Positions 17,790 to 27,349 are shown, counted from the stretch's first letter. The stretch is DNA of 36,786 bases from Terriglobales bacterium (GCA_035489695.1 DATHJP010000082.1:1-36786), one strand, 5' to 3'. Notes: generated from the letters alone by a model not told the origin. Translations and numbers: made by a program.

Positions 17790-18083
17790 AAGTGTAAGGC
17801 GAAAATGCTAGCGGTGGCGTGTCTGGATTGTTTCAAATCGGTTTTCCCGTCTCGAGGGTGCCCCGTTCAAGCTCCGCTTGGGCTTGGCTCTTCTCGTTTC
17901 GGAACCGTAAATGTCCGAAAAACAGCGCCAGATGGATCGGGGCAACCTTACCAAAGGCCATGTCCCGCCAAGTGCCGAAATCGCAAAATGCGCTCCTGAC
18001 GCGCCCTGCGTGAGCTAAAGGACTTTCCGCGGCTCTCATTCGTCCAGGTCAGGTACCAAAGTTACTGGTGTCATAACGCATCT

Positions 18084-18106
18084 GCGTTGACAATTTGTGT
18101 CAACGC
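18084..18106. promoter_or_regulatory. perfect 9-bp inverted repeat GCGTTGACA-ATTTG-TGTCAACGC upstream of pilB (candidate operator overlapping a TTGACA -35)
   Basis: The dyad was read directly from the sequence. TTGACA lies at 18087-18092 and a weak TANNNT (TACGCT) lies 16 nt downstream, 95 nt before the pilB ATG. Confidence 0.35.
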
Positions 18107-18200
18107 GATACGCTGCAAGTTCTCCCCTAATAGCAGCGCACGTCGCGGCAATAGCGACAACGTAACAACATTTCTCTGCCGCTCAGAAGGAGATCGAGGT

Positions 18201-19916
18201 ATGTCTCAACGGCTGGGTGATCTTCTCGTCAAAGAGAAGGTCATATCCCCAGAGCAGTTGGATCAGGCGATCAAGGCCCAGAAGGCGAGCAACTGTCGCC
18301 TGGGTTCGGCATTGGTGAAGCTGGGCTTTCTTACTGATGAAGATGTTACCAACTTCCTTTCACGGCAGTACGGTGTTCCTGCTATCAATCTTTCGTATTT
18401 TGAAATTGATCCTTCCGTCGTAAAGCTAATCCCGTTTGAAACTGCCAAGCGCTACCAGATTTTGCCACTGAGCCGCGTGGGCGCATCACTCACCATCGCT
18501 ATGGTCGATCCGACCAACGTTTTCGCCATGGACGATATCAAGTTCATGACCGGTTTCAATATCGAACCGGTGGTGGCATCGGAAAGCTCGATCCAGGAAG
18601 GCATTGAGAAAGCTTACGGCGGCAGCAATCAGGAAGATCTTGAGCAGGTCATGCAGTCCATGACCGAGCTGGGTGAGCCAGACGTTGAACTGCAATCCGA
18701 AGAAACAGAGATGGAGCTCGCCGATCTTGAAAGAGCGGCTGATGAAGCTCCCATCGTCAAATTGGTCAACCTGGTGCTCACCGACGCGGTAAAGCGCGGA
18801 GCCAGCGATATCCATCTCGAACCATACGAGAAAGAGTTCCGGGTCCGCTTCCGTATTGATGGCGTGCTGCAAAGCATTATGTCGCCTCCGCTCAAGTTGA
18901 AGGACGCGATCACGTCACGCGTAAAGATTATGGCCAAGCTGGACATCAGCGAGAAGCGGCTGCCGCAAGATGGCCGCATCATGCTCAAAATGAATGTCGG
19001 CGGCCGCAAGAAGCAGCTCGATTTCCGCGTCAGCACTTTGCCCACGCTGTGGGGTGAAAAAATCGTGCTTCGGCTGCTGGACAAAGAAAATCTTCGTCTG
19101 GACATGACCAAACTTGGTTTCGAGCCGGAGTCGTTGGTCAAGTTCGAGAAAGCCATCCTGAAACCCTATGGCATGGTGCTGGTGACCGGTCCCACGGGCT
19201 CCGGAAAAACCAACACTCTCTACTCATCGATCTCGCGCTTGAACCAGCCGGATACCAACATCATGACCGCGGAAGATCCCGTCGAATTTCAGTTGGGCGG
19301 TATCAACCAGGTGCAGATGAAGGAACAGATCGGGTTGAACTTCGCAGCGGCACTACGCGCATTTTTGCGACAGGATCCAAACATCATTCTGGTCGGCGAA
19401 ATCCGAGATTTTGAAACCGCAGAAATTGCCATCAAGGCGGCGCTCACCGGACACCTTGTGCTCTCCACCCTGCATACCAACGGCGCACCGGAGACCATCA
19501 CCCGACTAATGAATATGGGTATTGAGCCTTTCCTCGTGGCGACTTCGGTTCACCTCATCTGCGCCCAACGCTTGGTGCGCCGTATCTGCAAAGAATGCAC
19601 CGAAGTGGTTGAAGTTCCCTATCCGGCATTAATCGAAGAGGGCTACACGCCGGAGGAAGCGAAGACGGTAAAAATTCAGAAAGGCAAAGGCTGTGGCGTT
19701 TGTAACAACACGGGATACAAGGGTCGGACCGGCTTGTATGAAGTGATGGAAGTAGATGACGAGATCAGAGAACTGGTCCTGGTGGGCGCCTCTGCCGTGG
19801 AACTGAAGAAAAAAGCGATTGAGCGCGGCATGATTACTTTGCGCCGCAGCGGTCTGATCAAAGTCGCGCTGGGCCAGACCACGTTGGAAGAAGTGGCGCG
19901 CGAAACCATTCACTAA
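18201..19916 (+). CDS. pilB: type IV pilus assembly ATPase PilB (GspE family)
   Basis: ATG at 18201 with an AAGGAG SD; the listed ORF start 18087 has no SD. It has the GSPII_E N-terminal domain (LGDLLVKEKVISPEQLDQA), Walker A GPTGSGKTNTL and the tetracysteine motif CKEC...CGVC. Confidence 0.9.
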   Translation: MSQRLGDLLVKEKVISPEQLDQAIKAQKASNCRLGSALVKLGFLTDEDVTNFLSRQYGVPAINLSYFEIDPSVVKLIPFETAKRYQILPLSRVGASLTIAMVDPTNVFAMDDIKFMTGFNIEPVVASESSIQEGIEKAYGGSNQEDLEQVMQSMTELGEPDVELQSEETEMELADLERAADEAPIVKLVNLVLTDAVKRGASDIHLEPYEKEFRVRFRIDGVLQSIMSPPLKLKDAITSRVKIMAKLDISEKRLPQDGRIMLKMNVGGRKKQLDFRVSTLPTLWGEKIVLRLLDKENLRLDMTKLGFEPESLVKFEKAILKPYGMVLVTGPTGSGKTNTLYSSISRLNQPDTNIMTAEDPVEFQLGGINQVQMKEQIGLNFAAALRAFLRQDPNIILVGEIRDFETAEIAIKAALTGHLVLSTLHTNGAPETITRLMNMGIEPFLVATSVHLICAQRLVRRICKECTEVVEVPYPALIEEGYTPEEAKTVKIQKGKGCGVCNNTGYKGRTGLYEVMEVDDEIRELVLVGASAVELKKKAIERGMITLRRSGLIKVALGQTTLEEVARETIH

Positions 19917-19938
19917 CCGGGAAAAGGAAGAAACGATT

Positions 19939-21066
19939 ATGGCGCTTTCGTTAAGCGATCTGTTGAAACGAATGTTGGAGATGTCAGGTAGCGACTTGCA
20001 CATCACCACCAACTCTCCGCCGCAGATCCGCGTGCATGGACACCTCGTACCGCTCGATCTCCCACAGTTGACTCCGGCCGAGACCAAGCAACTGGCCTAC
20101 AGCGTGATGACCGACGCCCAAAAGCATCGCTTCGAAGAGAGCCTGGAACTCGACTTCTCATTCGGCCTCAAAGGCCTGGCCCGATTCCGTGCCAATATTT
20201 TCAATCAACGGGGCGCAACTGCCGCGGTTTTCCGTCTTATTCCTTTCGAAATCAAATCTTTCAATCAGTTGGGACTGCCCGCCGTGGTCAGCAAATTATG
20301 CGAAAAGCCCCGCGGTTTGGTGCTGGTCACTGGTCCCACGGGATCAGGCAAGTCCACTACGTTGGCCGCGATGATTGACAAGATCAATACCGAACGGCAC
20401 GACCACATCCTCACTATCGAGGATCCGATCGAGTTTGTGCACATGAACAAGAATTGCGTAGTCAATCAGCGCGAACTGCACGCCGATACCAAGAGTTTCG
20501 CTGGCGCTCTGCGAGCCGCGCTCCGTGAAGATCCTGACGTGGTGCTGATCGGCGAAATGCGCGATCTTGAGACCATTGAATCGGCGCTGCGCATCGCTGA
20601 AACCGGTCACTTGACCTTCGGAACGCTGCACACCAACTCGGCATCGTCCACCATTAACCGAATCATCGATGTGTTCCCCGCCCACCAGCAGCCCCAGATT
20701 CGGGCGCAGTTGTCCCTGGTGCTGGAAGGCATCATGTGCCAAAGCTTATTGCCCAAGGTTGATGGCAAGGGCCGCGCCATGTGCATGGAAATCATGGTGC
20801 CCAATGCGGCTGTCCGCAATCTGATTCGCGAGGACAAGATCCACCAGATTTATTCCTCTATGCAATCCGGTCAGGACAAGTTCGGTATGCAGACTTTCAA
20901 TCAGGCATTGGCAACCGCATATTTCAAGAAGGAAATCACGCTGGAAGTGGCCATGGCACGCTCCAGCAATCAGGACGAATTGACCGAAATGATCAGTCGC
21001 GGAGTGGGCTTGAACAAGAATTCGGCCGCACCGATGGCGAAGGGTGCCGCACCCGGCAAGCACTGA
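19939..21066 (+). CDS. pilT: twitching-motility retraction ATPase PilT
   Basis: Has Walker A GPTGSGKSTTL and the PilT signature AVRNLIREDKIHQI. Confidence 0.9.
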   Translation: MALSLSDLLKRMLEMSGSDLHITTNSPPQIRVHGHLVPLDLPQLTPAETKQLAYSVMTDAQKHRFEESLELDFSFGLKGLARFRANIFNQRGATAAVFRLIPFEIKSFNQLGLPAVVSKLCEKPRGLVLVTGPTGSGKSTTLAAMIDKINTERHDHILTIEDPIEFVHMNKNCVVNQRELHADTKSFAGALRAALREDPDVVLIGEMRDLETIESALRIAETGHLTFGTLHTNSASSTINRIIDVFPAHQQPQIRAQLSLVLEGIMCQSLLPKVDGKGRAMCMEIMVPNAAVRNLIREDKIHQIYSSMQSGQDKFGMQTFNQALATAYFKKEITLEVAMARSSNQDELTEMISRGVGLNKNSAAPMAKGAAPGKH

Positions 21067-21179
21067 GCGGCAAGTACGAACCGCCTCCTTCAACATGGAG
21101 CGGAGAAAGTGAAACCAGTTTTTCGCAGCCCATATCGTAGCGTGCGGGTTGCAACGTAGATACCGAGGAGAGGCTTACC

Positions 21180-22388
21180 ATGCCAGTTTTTACATTTTCA
21201 GGCAAGAACGCGTCCGGGGAGAAAATCAGCGGCGAGCGTACAGCCGCCAACAAACAGGTGCTGACCACTCAATTGCGCCGTGAGCGCATCACGCCAGGGT
21301 CCATACGGGAAAAAGGCAAAGAATTTGCCATGCCAACTTTCGGCTCGGGCAAAGTCAAGACCAAGGAGATCGCGATCTTCTTTCGCCAATTCTCGGTCAT
21401 GATCGATGCCGGTCTCCCATTGGTCCAGTGTCTGGAGATCCTGGCCGCGAACCAGGAGAACCCCACTTTCCAGAAAACGCTCAATGGGGTACGGACCACG
21501 GTCGAAGGCGGCGCCACGCTGGCCAACGCCATGAAACAGTTCCCCAAGGTCTTTGACGACCTGACAGTCAACATGATGGAAGCTGGCGAAACCGGCGGCA
21601 TCCTGGACATCATCCTGCAGCGCCTGGCCACCTACGTGGAAAAGGCGGTCAAACTGCGCGCCGCCGTTAAATCGGCATTGATCTATCCAGTATCGGTAGT
21701 CTCGCTAGCATTTCTGATTGTGGGCGCGCTGCTCAAGTGGGTGGTTCCGATTTTCTCCAACCTCTTTACTGGCTTGGGCGTCGCGCTGCCTTTGCCCACA
21801 CGAATCGTAATGGGATTGAGCGCCTTCGTGGGTCACTTCTGGTGGTTCTTCATAGCCGGTATCTTCGGTTTCGTTTTCGGTCTTAAACAGATCCGCAAGA
21901 ATCCGCGCGGACGCTACTACTTCGATTTGTGCATGTTGAAGATGCCGATCATCGGAGTGCTGCTGCGCAAGATTGCCGTGGCCCGCTTCACCCGGACTCT
22001 CGGTACGCTTATCACCTCCGGCGTGCCCATCCTGGAAGGTCTCAGTATCACCGCCAAGACTTCAGGCAATGCGGTGTTGGAAGAAGCGCTGATGAAGGTA
22101 CGCAAAGCCATCGAAGAGGGCCGCACCATCGTAGATCCTCTCCGGGAATCGGGCGTCTTCCCCAACATGGTGGTCCAGATGATCGGTGTCGGAGAAGCTA
22201 CCGGCGCCATGGATGCCATGTTGCAGAAAATCGCCGACTTCTACGAAGACGAAGTCGACTCGGCCACCAAGGACATGTTGGCCATGCTGGAGCCGGTCAT
22301 CATCGGTCTGTTGGGCGTAATGATTGGCGGCATCGTGATTTCGCTGTACATGCCGCTGTTCTCGATGATCGCCAAGCTGGCAGGCTAG
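21180..22388 (+). CDS. pilC: type IV pilus platform protein PilC (two T2SSF domains)
   Basis: 402 aa with a GAGGAG SD and the typical PilC/GspF architecture and sequence. Confidence 0.9.
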   Translation: MPVFTFSGKNASGEKISGERTAANKQVLTTQLRRERITPGSIREKGKEFAMPTFGSGKVKTKEIAIFFRQFSVMIDAGLPLVQCLEILAANQENPTFQKTLNGVRTTVEGGATLANAMKQFPKVFDDLTVNMMEAGETGGILDIILQRLATYVEKAVKLRAAVKSALIYPVSVVSLAFLIVGALLKWVVPIFSNLFTGLGVALPLPTRIVMGLSAFVGHFWWFFIAGIFGFVFGLKQIRKNPRGRYYFDLCMLKMPIIGVLLRKIAVARFTRTLGTLITSGVPILEGLSITAKTSGNAVLEEALMKVRKAIEEGRTIVDPLRESGVFPNMVVQMIGVGEATGAMDAMLQKIADFYEDEVDSATKDMLAMLEPVIIGLLGVMIGGIVISLYMPLFSMIAKLAG

Positions 22389-22405
22389 TTTACGAATATT
22401 GTTTT

Positions 22406-22455
22406 CGGACGGACGGCCGAGCCGGTGCACTGCATCCGGTTCGGCCGTCCGTCCG
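22406..22455 (+). terminator. 20-bp GC-rich hairpin between pilC and pilS (terminator or attenuator candidate, no U-tract)
   Basis: CGGACGGACGGCCGAGCCGG-TGCACTGCAT-CCGGTTCGGCCGTCCGTCCG, with one G-U pair. Confidence 0.45.
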
Positions 22456-22550
22456 GCTGAACAAGCTCTTCCCGCGCGAACGCGTTCAATTTCTCGGCAA
22501 GATTCGTTCCTGCGAAAGAGCATCCGCTATACCGGGAATCGGGATCAGAA

Positions 22551-24266
22551 ATGCACTCCATGTTCGATGAGCGGTTGTGGCTGGCCTGGCTGGTCAAGGC
22601 CCGCATCATCATCCTGACACTTCTATTGGGAATCGAGCTGGCCATTGCCCGTCTCACCCTCTCTCCAGTGCCGGTAAAACTTTTCATCACTAGCATCCTG
22701 CTGTGGTACGCGTTTGCGCTCTTCTATCTCGTACTGCTTTCTTTCTGGGAAGAACACCGGATCCAGTCTCTGCTACAAGTCCTGACCGACTTGGCCCTGG
22801 TCACCCTGGTGGTTTACATCACCGGTGGTGTGGACAGCTCTCTGAACTTTCTTTATCCCTTGATCATCATCGTAGCCAGCATTCTGTTGCCCCGATCCTG
22901 GGCGTACCTTACAGCGGCGTTAGCCTTCATTCTCTATGGGACTGTTCTGGAGCTGACCTATTACGGAATAGTGCCTTCCTACTCCACTACTCATCCGGAA
23001 CTTGCAGCCCTGCAAGCGATTATTTTCGTCAACCTGTTCGCCTATCTGGCCGTGGCCTATCTCACCGGCCTGCTGGCAGCCAAGCTGCGCCTGGTCGATG
23101 TAAAGCTGAAACACACGCGTGGAGCACTGCAGAACTTACAGGCGGTTCACGAAAACATTATCCAGTCGATTAGCGGCGGCCTCATCACCACTGGACTGGA
23201 CGGACACATCACCCTGGTCAACACCGCAGGGCAGAAACTGCTGGAGCGCTCTGAAGACGACCTGCTTGGCCAGCCTGTACATCGTCTGTTCCTCGATCCG
23301 CTGCCCCAGGTTGGTTCTGAACGCGCCCGCACGGAAGTGCGCTTTGTAACCTCTAATTCATTCCGCAAGACCTTCCGGATGATGGTTTCCACCCTGACAG
23401 TTCCGAACCGCGAAACTCTGGGCTATGTGTACACGTTTGATGACTTGACCGAAATCCGGCGCCTGGAGCGCGATCTACGCATGCAGGATCGTCTAGCCGC
23501 GGTCGGAAGGCTGGCAGCAGCCATCGCCCACGAAATCCGCAACCCCCTGACCTCGATTGCCGGTTCCGTGAGCATGCTTTCCGGCATCTCCGATCTGAGC
23601 GAAGAGCATCGTCAACTGCTGCGGATTGTTACCCGCGAGTCCGAACGGCTGAACGGCATCATTACCGATTTTCTGGCGTACTCTCGCGGCAAGCAGTATC
23701 AATTCACGAAAGTCGACTTGTTGCCGCTGCTCGAGGACACTCTTACCCTCCTCGAAAATCGCCTGGTAGCGCAGAAAACAGGCATTCACATCGAGCGACA
23801 CTACGCGGTGAAAGAAGCATGGACCCTGGCTGACGGCGACAAGATCAAACAAGTTTTCTGGAATTTCAGCGAGAATGCTGTCCGGGCTATGCGCGATGGT
23901 GGAAGCCTCAGCGTCACCCTCGATGCGGCAGGAAATGACTGGCAGGTCAATTTTGCTGATACCGGCTCCGGCATGAACCCGCAAGTCATCGAGAAAATCT
24001 TCGAGCCCTTCCAATCCGAGTTTGAAGGCGGTACCGGCCTCGGTTTGGCGATTGTTTATCAGATTGTGCAAGCCCATGAAGGCAAGGTTTGGGCCCGGTC
24101 GAAGCCCGGACAGGGCAGTGTGTTTGTTCTCCGCCTGCGGCGCGCCGCTGCCAGCAGCGCCTCCACAGTAATCGTCAGCGGACCCAAATCACGGGCGCAC
24201 GCCGCGACATCAACATCAAAGACCGCTGCGGCAACCGCCGCCATGGGGGAAAGATCCCATGGGTAA
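22551..24266 (+). CDS. pilS: sensor histidine kinase, PilS-like (multi-TM, PAS, HisKA, HATPase)
   Basis: Six predicted TM segments, H-box IAHEIRNPLTSI, plus DTGSGM and GTGLGLAIV boxes. It follows pilBTC and overlaps the pilR start. Confidence 0.75.
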   Translation: MHSMFDERLWLAWLVKARIIILTLLLGIELAIARLTLSPVPVKLFITSILLWYAFALFYLVLLSFWEEHRIQSLLQVLTDLALVTLVVYITGGVDSSLNFLYPLIIIVASILLPRSWAYLTAALAFILYGTVLELTYYGIVPSYSTTHPELAALQAIIFVNLFAYLAVAYLTGLLAAKLRLVDVKLKHTRGALQNLQAVHENIIQSISGGLITTGLDGHITLVNTAGQKLLERSEDDLLGQPVHRLFLDPLPQVGSERARTEVRFVTSNSFRKTFRMMVSTLTVPNRETLGYVYTFDDLTEIRRLERDLRMQDRLAAVGRLAAAIAHEIRNPLTSIAGSVSMLSGISDLSEEHRQLLRIVTRESERLNGIITDFLAYSRGKQYQFTKVDLLPLLEDTLTLLENRLVAQKTGIHIERHYAVKEAWTLADGDKIKQVFWNFSENAVRAMRDGGSLSVTLDAAGNDWQVNFADTGSGMNPQVIEKIFEPFQSEFEGGTGLGLAIVYQIVQAHEGKVWARSKPGQGSVFVLRLRRAAASSASTVIVSGPKSRAHAATSTSKTAAATAAMGERSHG

Positions 24267-25656
24267 CATCCTGGTTTGCGACGACGAACGCTCCATCTGT
24301 GAAATGCTGGACATCGCTCTGCGCCGCGACAATCACAAGGTCGAGACCGTCAATTCAGGCGAGGCCGCCAAGAGAAAACTCGATAGCGCGCTCTTCGATG
24401 TCATCATCACCGACATAAAAATGCCGAACATCAATGGCATCGAAGTATTGCGCTACGCCCATCAAGTCTCGCCCGACTCCGCCGTAATCCTTATCACCGC
24501 CGTCGATGACTACGAAGCGGCGGTCGAAGCCGTGAAAGCCGGCGGAGCCACCGATTACATCCGCAAATCTCCCGGGCTGGTGGACGAAATCAAGCTCGCC
24601 ATCAACCGTGCGCTGGAGAAGATGACCCTCAGCCGCCAAAATTTTGCCTTCAAGCGTGATGCCGCCACCCGCAACTCGCTGGACAACATCGTAGGGGTGA
24701 GTCCTGCCATGGAGAAGCTGAAACACACCATCCGGACGGTGGCCTCCACGCAAAGCACGATTCTTATTTATGGCGAAAGCGGCACGGGCAAGGAATTGGT
24801 AGCCCGCGCGGTTCACGTCTGCTCACCCCGTGCCGCCGAACCCTTCGTCTCCATTAACTGCGGCGCCTTCCCCGAAACCCTGCTGGAGAGCGAACTGTTC
24901 GGGTACGTAAAGGGAGCATTTACCGGGGCCAATCAGAATAAACGCGGCCTATTTGAAGTAGCCACCGAGGGCACCATCTTCCTCGACGAAATCAGTGAGA
25001 TGACTCTGACCATGCAGGTGAAGCTGCTCCGCGTGCTGCAGGAACGCTGCGTTCGTCCCGTGGGCGGCACCGATGAAATCGCTATCGACGTCCGCGTAAT
25101 TGCCGCCACCAATCGTGATCTCGACCGGCAAGTGGCGGAGAATACTTTCCGCGAAGACCTATATTACCGGCTCAGTGTCATTCCAGTTTCAGTCCCATCC
25201 CTGCGCGAACGTCGCGAGGATATTCCGCTCCTGGTGAATCACTTCCTTAAGAAATATGCGCCGGCGGCAGGGAAGAGCATAATGCGAGTGAATACTGCTT
25301 CGCTCGACGCGCTATGCGGATACGACTGGCCCGGCAATGTGCGTCAGCTGGAAAATACTATCGAACGCGCGGTCGCCCTGGAGACCAAAGAAGAACTCCA
25401 CGTCGAGCTTCCCGCGGAACGTCCCAAGGCGCGCGCCGCAGCTGCTGGTGCGGGTCTGCCGGGCGGAGCCGTCGCCACCTCTACGGGAGGCATCCTGCCC
25501 GACGGAGTTGACATGGAGAAGTATGTCGCGGATATCGAACGATCCTTGATACAGGCTGCGCTGGCCCAATCCCACGGTGTGCAAACCCGCGCCGCCGATT
25601 TGCTGAAAATTTCTTACCGCTCATTCCGCCATCTGGTGAAGAAGTACGAACTGTAA
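24259..25656 (+). CDS. pilR: sigma-54-dependent response regulator, PilR-like
   Basis: REC domain, Walker A GESGTGKELVARAVH, an intact GAFTGA motif, and a C-terminal Fis-type HTH. Confidence 0.8.
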   Translation: MGNILVCDDERSICEMLDIALRRDNHKVETVNSGEAAKRKLDSALFDVIITDIKMPNINGIEVLRYAHQVSPDSAVILITAVDDYEAAVEAVKAGGATDYIRKSPGLVDEIKLAINRALEKMTLSRQNFAFKRDAATRNSLDNIVGVSPAMEKLKHTIRTVASTQSTILIYGESGTGKELVARAVHVCSPRAAEPFVSINCGAFPETLLESELFGYVKGAFTGANQNKRGLFEVATEGTIFLDEISEMTLTMQVKLLRVLQERCVRPVGGTDEIAIDVRVIAATNRDLDRQVAENTFREDLYYRLSVIPVSVPSLRERREDIPLLVNHFLKKYAPAAGKSIMRVNTASLDALCGYDWPGNVRQLENTIERAVALETKEELHVELPAERPKARAAAAGAGLPGGAVATSTGGILPDGVDMEKYVADIERSLIQAALAQSHGVQTRAADLLKISYRSFRHLVKKYEL

Positions 25657-25719
25657 CTGAGAACCGAGAACTAAGATCTGAGATCTGAAGTTTAGATCCC
25701 AGATTCTAGCCCCCGACCT
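25657..25719 (+). repeat. heptad array D: CTGAGAA CCGAGAA CTAAGAT CTGAGAT CTGAAGT TTAGATC CCAGATT CTAGCCC CCGACCT
   Basis: Nine in-register heptads fill the whole convergent pilR/TPR spacer. Confidence 0.85.
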
Positions 25720-26108
25720 TAGAGACTCTTACCCTTCAACTGCTGTTTCCACCCCAGAATACGCGCCTTATTGGCCTCCGCCTCGGCCTCCGGAATCATG
25801 CCTTTTTTCTGATAAAGAACCGACAAACTGGTATGCGCCAAAACGTCATCGGGATCCAGTTCCGCAATCCGATTCGCCACTACAATCGCCTCATCCAGAC
25901 GATTCAAATCCTGCAGAGTACGGGCCATGCCGTGCATAGCTTCAGTAAAGACAGGGTCGGCGTCGAGCGACTTCTGGTATTCGTCAAGCGCACGTTCCTG
26001 CTGGCCCTCAGACACCAGGTCCAGGGCAGCATAGTAATGGTCTTCGGCCTTCTGGTGGGCGTTGTCGTTAGCCATCCAACCGGAATCCTCGCAGAAAAAT
26101 TCTAGCAT
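25719..26108 (-). CDS. TPR-repeat protein
   Basis: 129 aa with three TPR-like units (AEDHYYAALDL..., AMHGMARTLQDLNRLDEAI..., AHTSLSVLYQKKGMIPEA). The start could instead be the internal ATG at 26075. Confidence 0.7.
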   Translation of the reverse strand: MLEFFCEDSGWMANDNAHQKAEDHYYAALDLVSEGQQERALDEYQKSLDADPVFTEAMHGMARTLQDLNRLDEAIVVANRIAELDPDDVLAHTSLSVLYQKKGMIPEAEAEANKARILGWKQQLKGKSL

Positions 26109-26163
26109 GCAATGGAGAGCTGCCCTCCGAGGCGGAACAAGCGGACTATACTAGGCAAGCGGC

Positions 26164-26397
26164 ATGCGCTATATTCTGCGATTTCTGTGGAACGCAACTC
26201 GAGGCCACCGCCTTAGCCCGTGGCGTAGCCCCTATCTGCTGTGGCGGATCGAAACTTATTGTGGCGTGAAGATGCAGCAGATCGGTTTCCTGGAATTTTG
26301 GGAATTCGTGTGGCGGGAACGCCACAATCTTTGGCACTTTCTTAAATGGACAGCGGAAATGGACCGCTATGTCCACCCCCGGCCCAAGGCTCCATGA
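26164..26397 (+). CDS. hypothetical small basic Trp-rich protein
   Basis: 77 aa with 7 Trp and many Arg/His. TATACT lies 11 nt upstream of the ATG. I recognise no domain, and the antisense ORF 26146..26376 looks less protein-like. Confidence 0.4.
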   Translation: MRYILRFLWNATRGHRLSPWRSPYLLWRIETYCGVKMQQIGFLEFWEFVWRERHNLWHFLKWTAEMDRYVHPRPKAP

Positions 26398-26411
26398 AGT
26401 CCGCGCCGGCC

Positions 26412-27242
26412 TTATTGGCCGTTAGACGCGGCCACCGCGCCTTCAAGAACGATACTCACGTCGCTGCCCTTGCCCACACCCAGGATTTGCGCGGCTGAGC
26501 CGCGATTCGCCGCAATCTCCAGGTATCCCATGCTTCCCAGAATCCCGAAGACTTCGCCGGGCGTGCCCGACGCGTATGCTGCCTTGATTTCCGTGATTTC
26601 CCGCTTGCCGATGACTATCTTGAACGCCGGCGGCTGCGACTGGAAGAGGGCAGGAACATCAGCGGGCGTGATGTTGGTGACCAGATTTCCAAAGCGATCT
26701 ACTTTCAGCACCACGCCGCGCAGCGAATTTCCATCTGCCGGCTTGGGTTTGGGCGCATTGAAGCGCACAAAATCTTGCACTTCCTCGCCAAACTTAGCTG
26801 CTTCTACTCCTTTGGCTAAATAAGCCGCCACCGGAGCGAAAATGTCGCGGCCATGGAAAGTGTTGCTGACCGGCTGTAGAAAATAATGTTCTCCGGTGAC
26901 GTGGCGAACGTTAAAGCGTTCTTCCCGCGCGTATACGAGAGAGAGCACGCCGTTGTCCGGCGCAACGAAATGAAACCGGTCGGCGGTGACCACAATCGGA
27001 CGCCGTGCTGTACCCACACCCGGATCCACCACCACCAGATGCACGGTGCGGGCAGGAAAATAGGAGTAAGCCTGGGCAACGGTCAACGCACCGTCGAGGA
27101 CATCAAAAGCCTGCACCGAATGACAGATGTCCACGATCTCGGCCTCCGGAACGATGTTCAAGATGACGCCCTTGATCGTTCCTACAAAGTGATCGTTGAG
27201 CCCAAAATCCGTGGTCAGAGTAATGATCGGCCGCTGCGCCAA
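26412..27242 (-). CDS. S-adenosyl-L-methionine hydroxide adenosyltransferase family protein (DUF62)
   Basis: N-terminus ITLTTDFGLNDHFVGTIKGVI and overall length are typical of DUF62 / SAM-cleaving (chlorinase/fluorinase-related) proteins. Confidence 0.85.
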   Translation of the reverse strand: MAQRPIITLTTDFGLNDHFVGTIKGVILNIVPEAEIVDICHSVQAFDVLDGALTVAQAYSYFPARTVHLVVVDPGVGTARRPIVVTADRFHFVAPDNGVLSLVYAREERFNVRHVTGEHYFLQPVSNTFHGRDIFAPVAAYLAKGVEAAKFGEEVQDFVRFNAPKPKPADGNSLRGVVLKVDRFGNLVTNITPADVPALFQSQPPAFKIVIGKREITEIKAAYASGTPGEVFGILGSMGYLEIAANRGSAAQILGVGKGSDVSIVLEGAVAASNGQ

Positions 27243-27349
27243 GTTATTGCCTCACTTTAAGAAAAGCAGATTTGCCGGGAACTTTTGAAAGTAACCCGTT
27301 GGGAAGTTCTTCGTCAAGGCACTGAGGTAATAGCCTCTTGCCAGTTTAA

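Noticed and set aside
17790-18200. ORFs in the gap upstream of pilB (17733..17999, 17819..18013, 17833..18039) considered as possible pilin genes.
   Set aside because: None has a class III signal peptide or G/FTLIE prepilin N-terminus, and their compositions are shadow-like.
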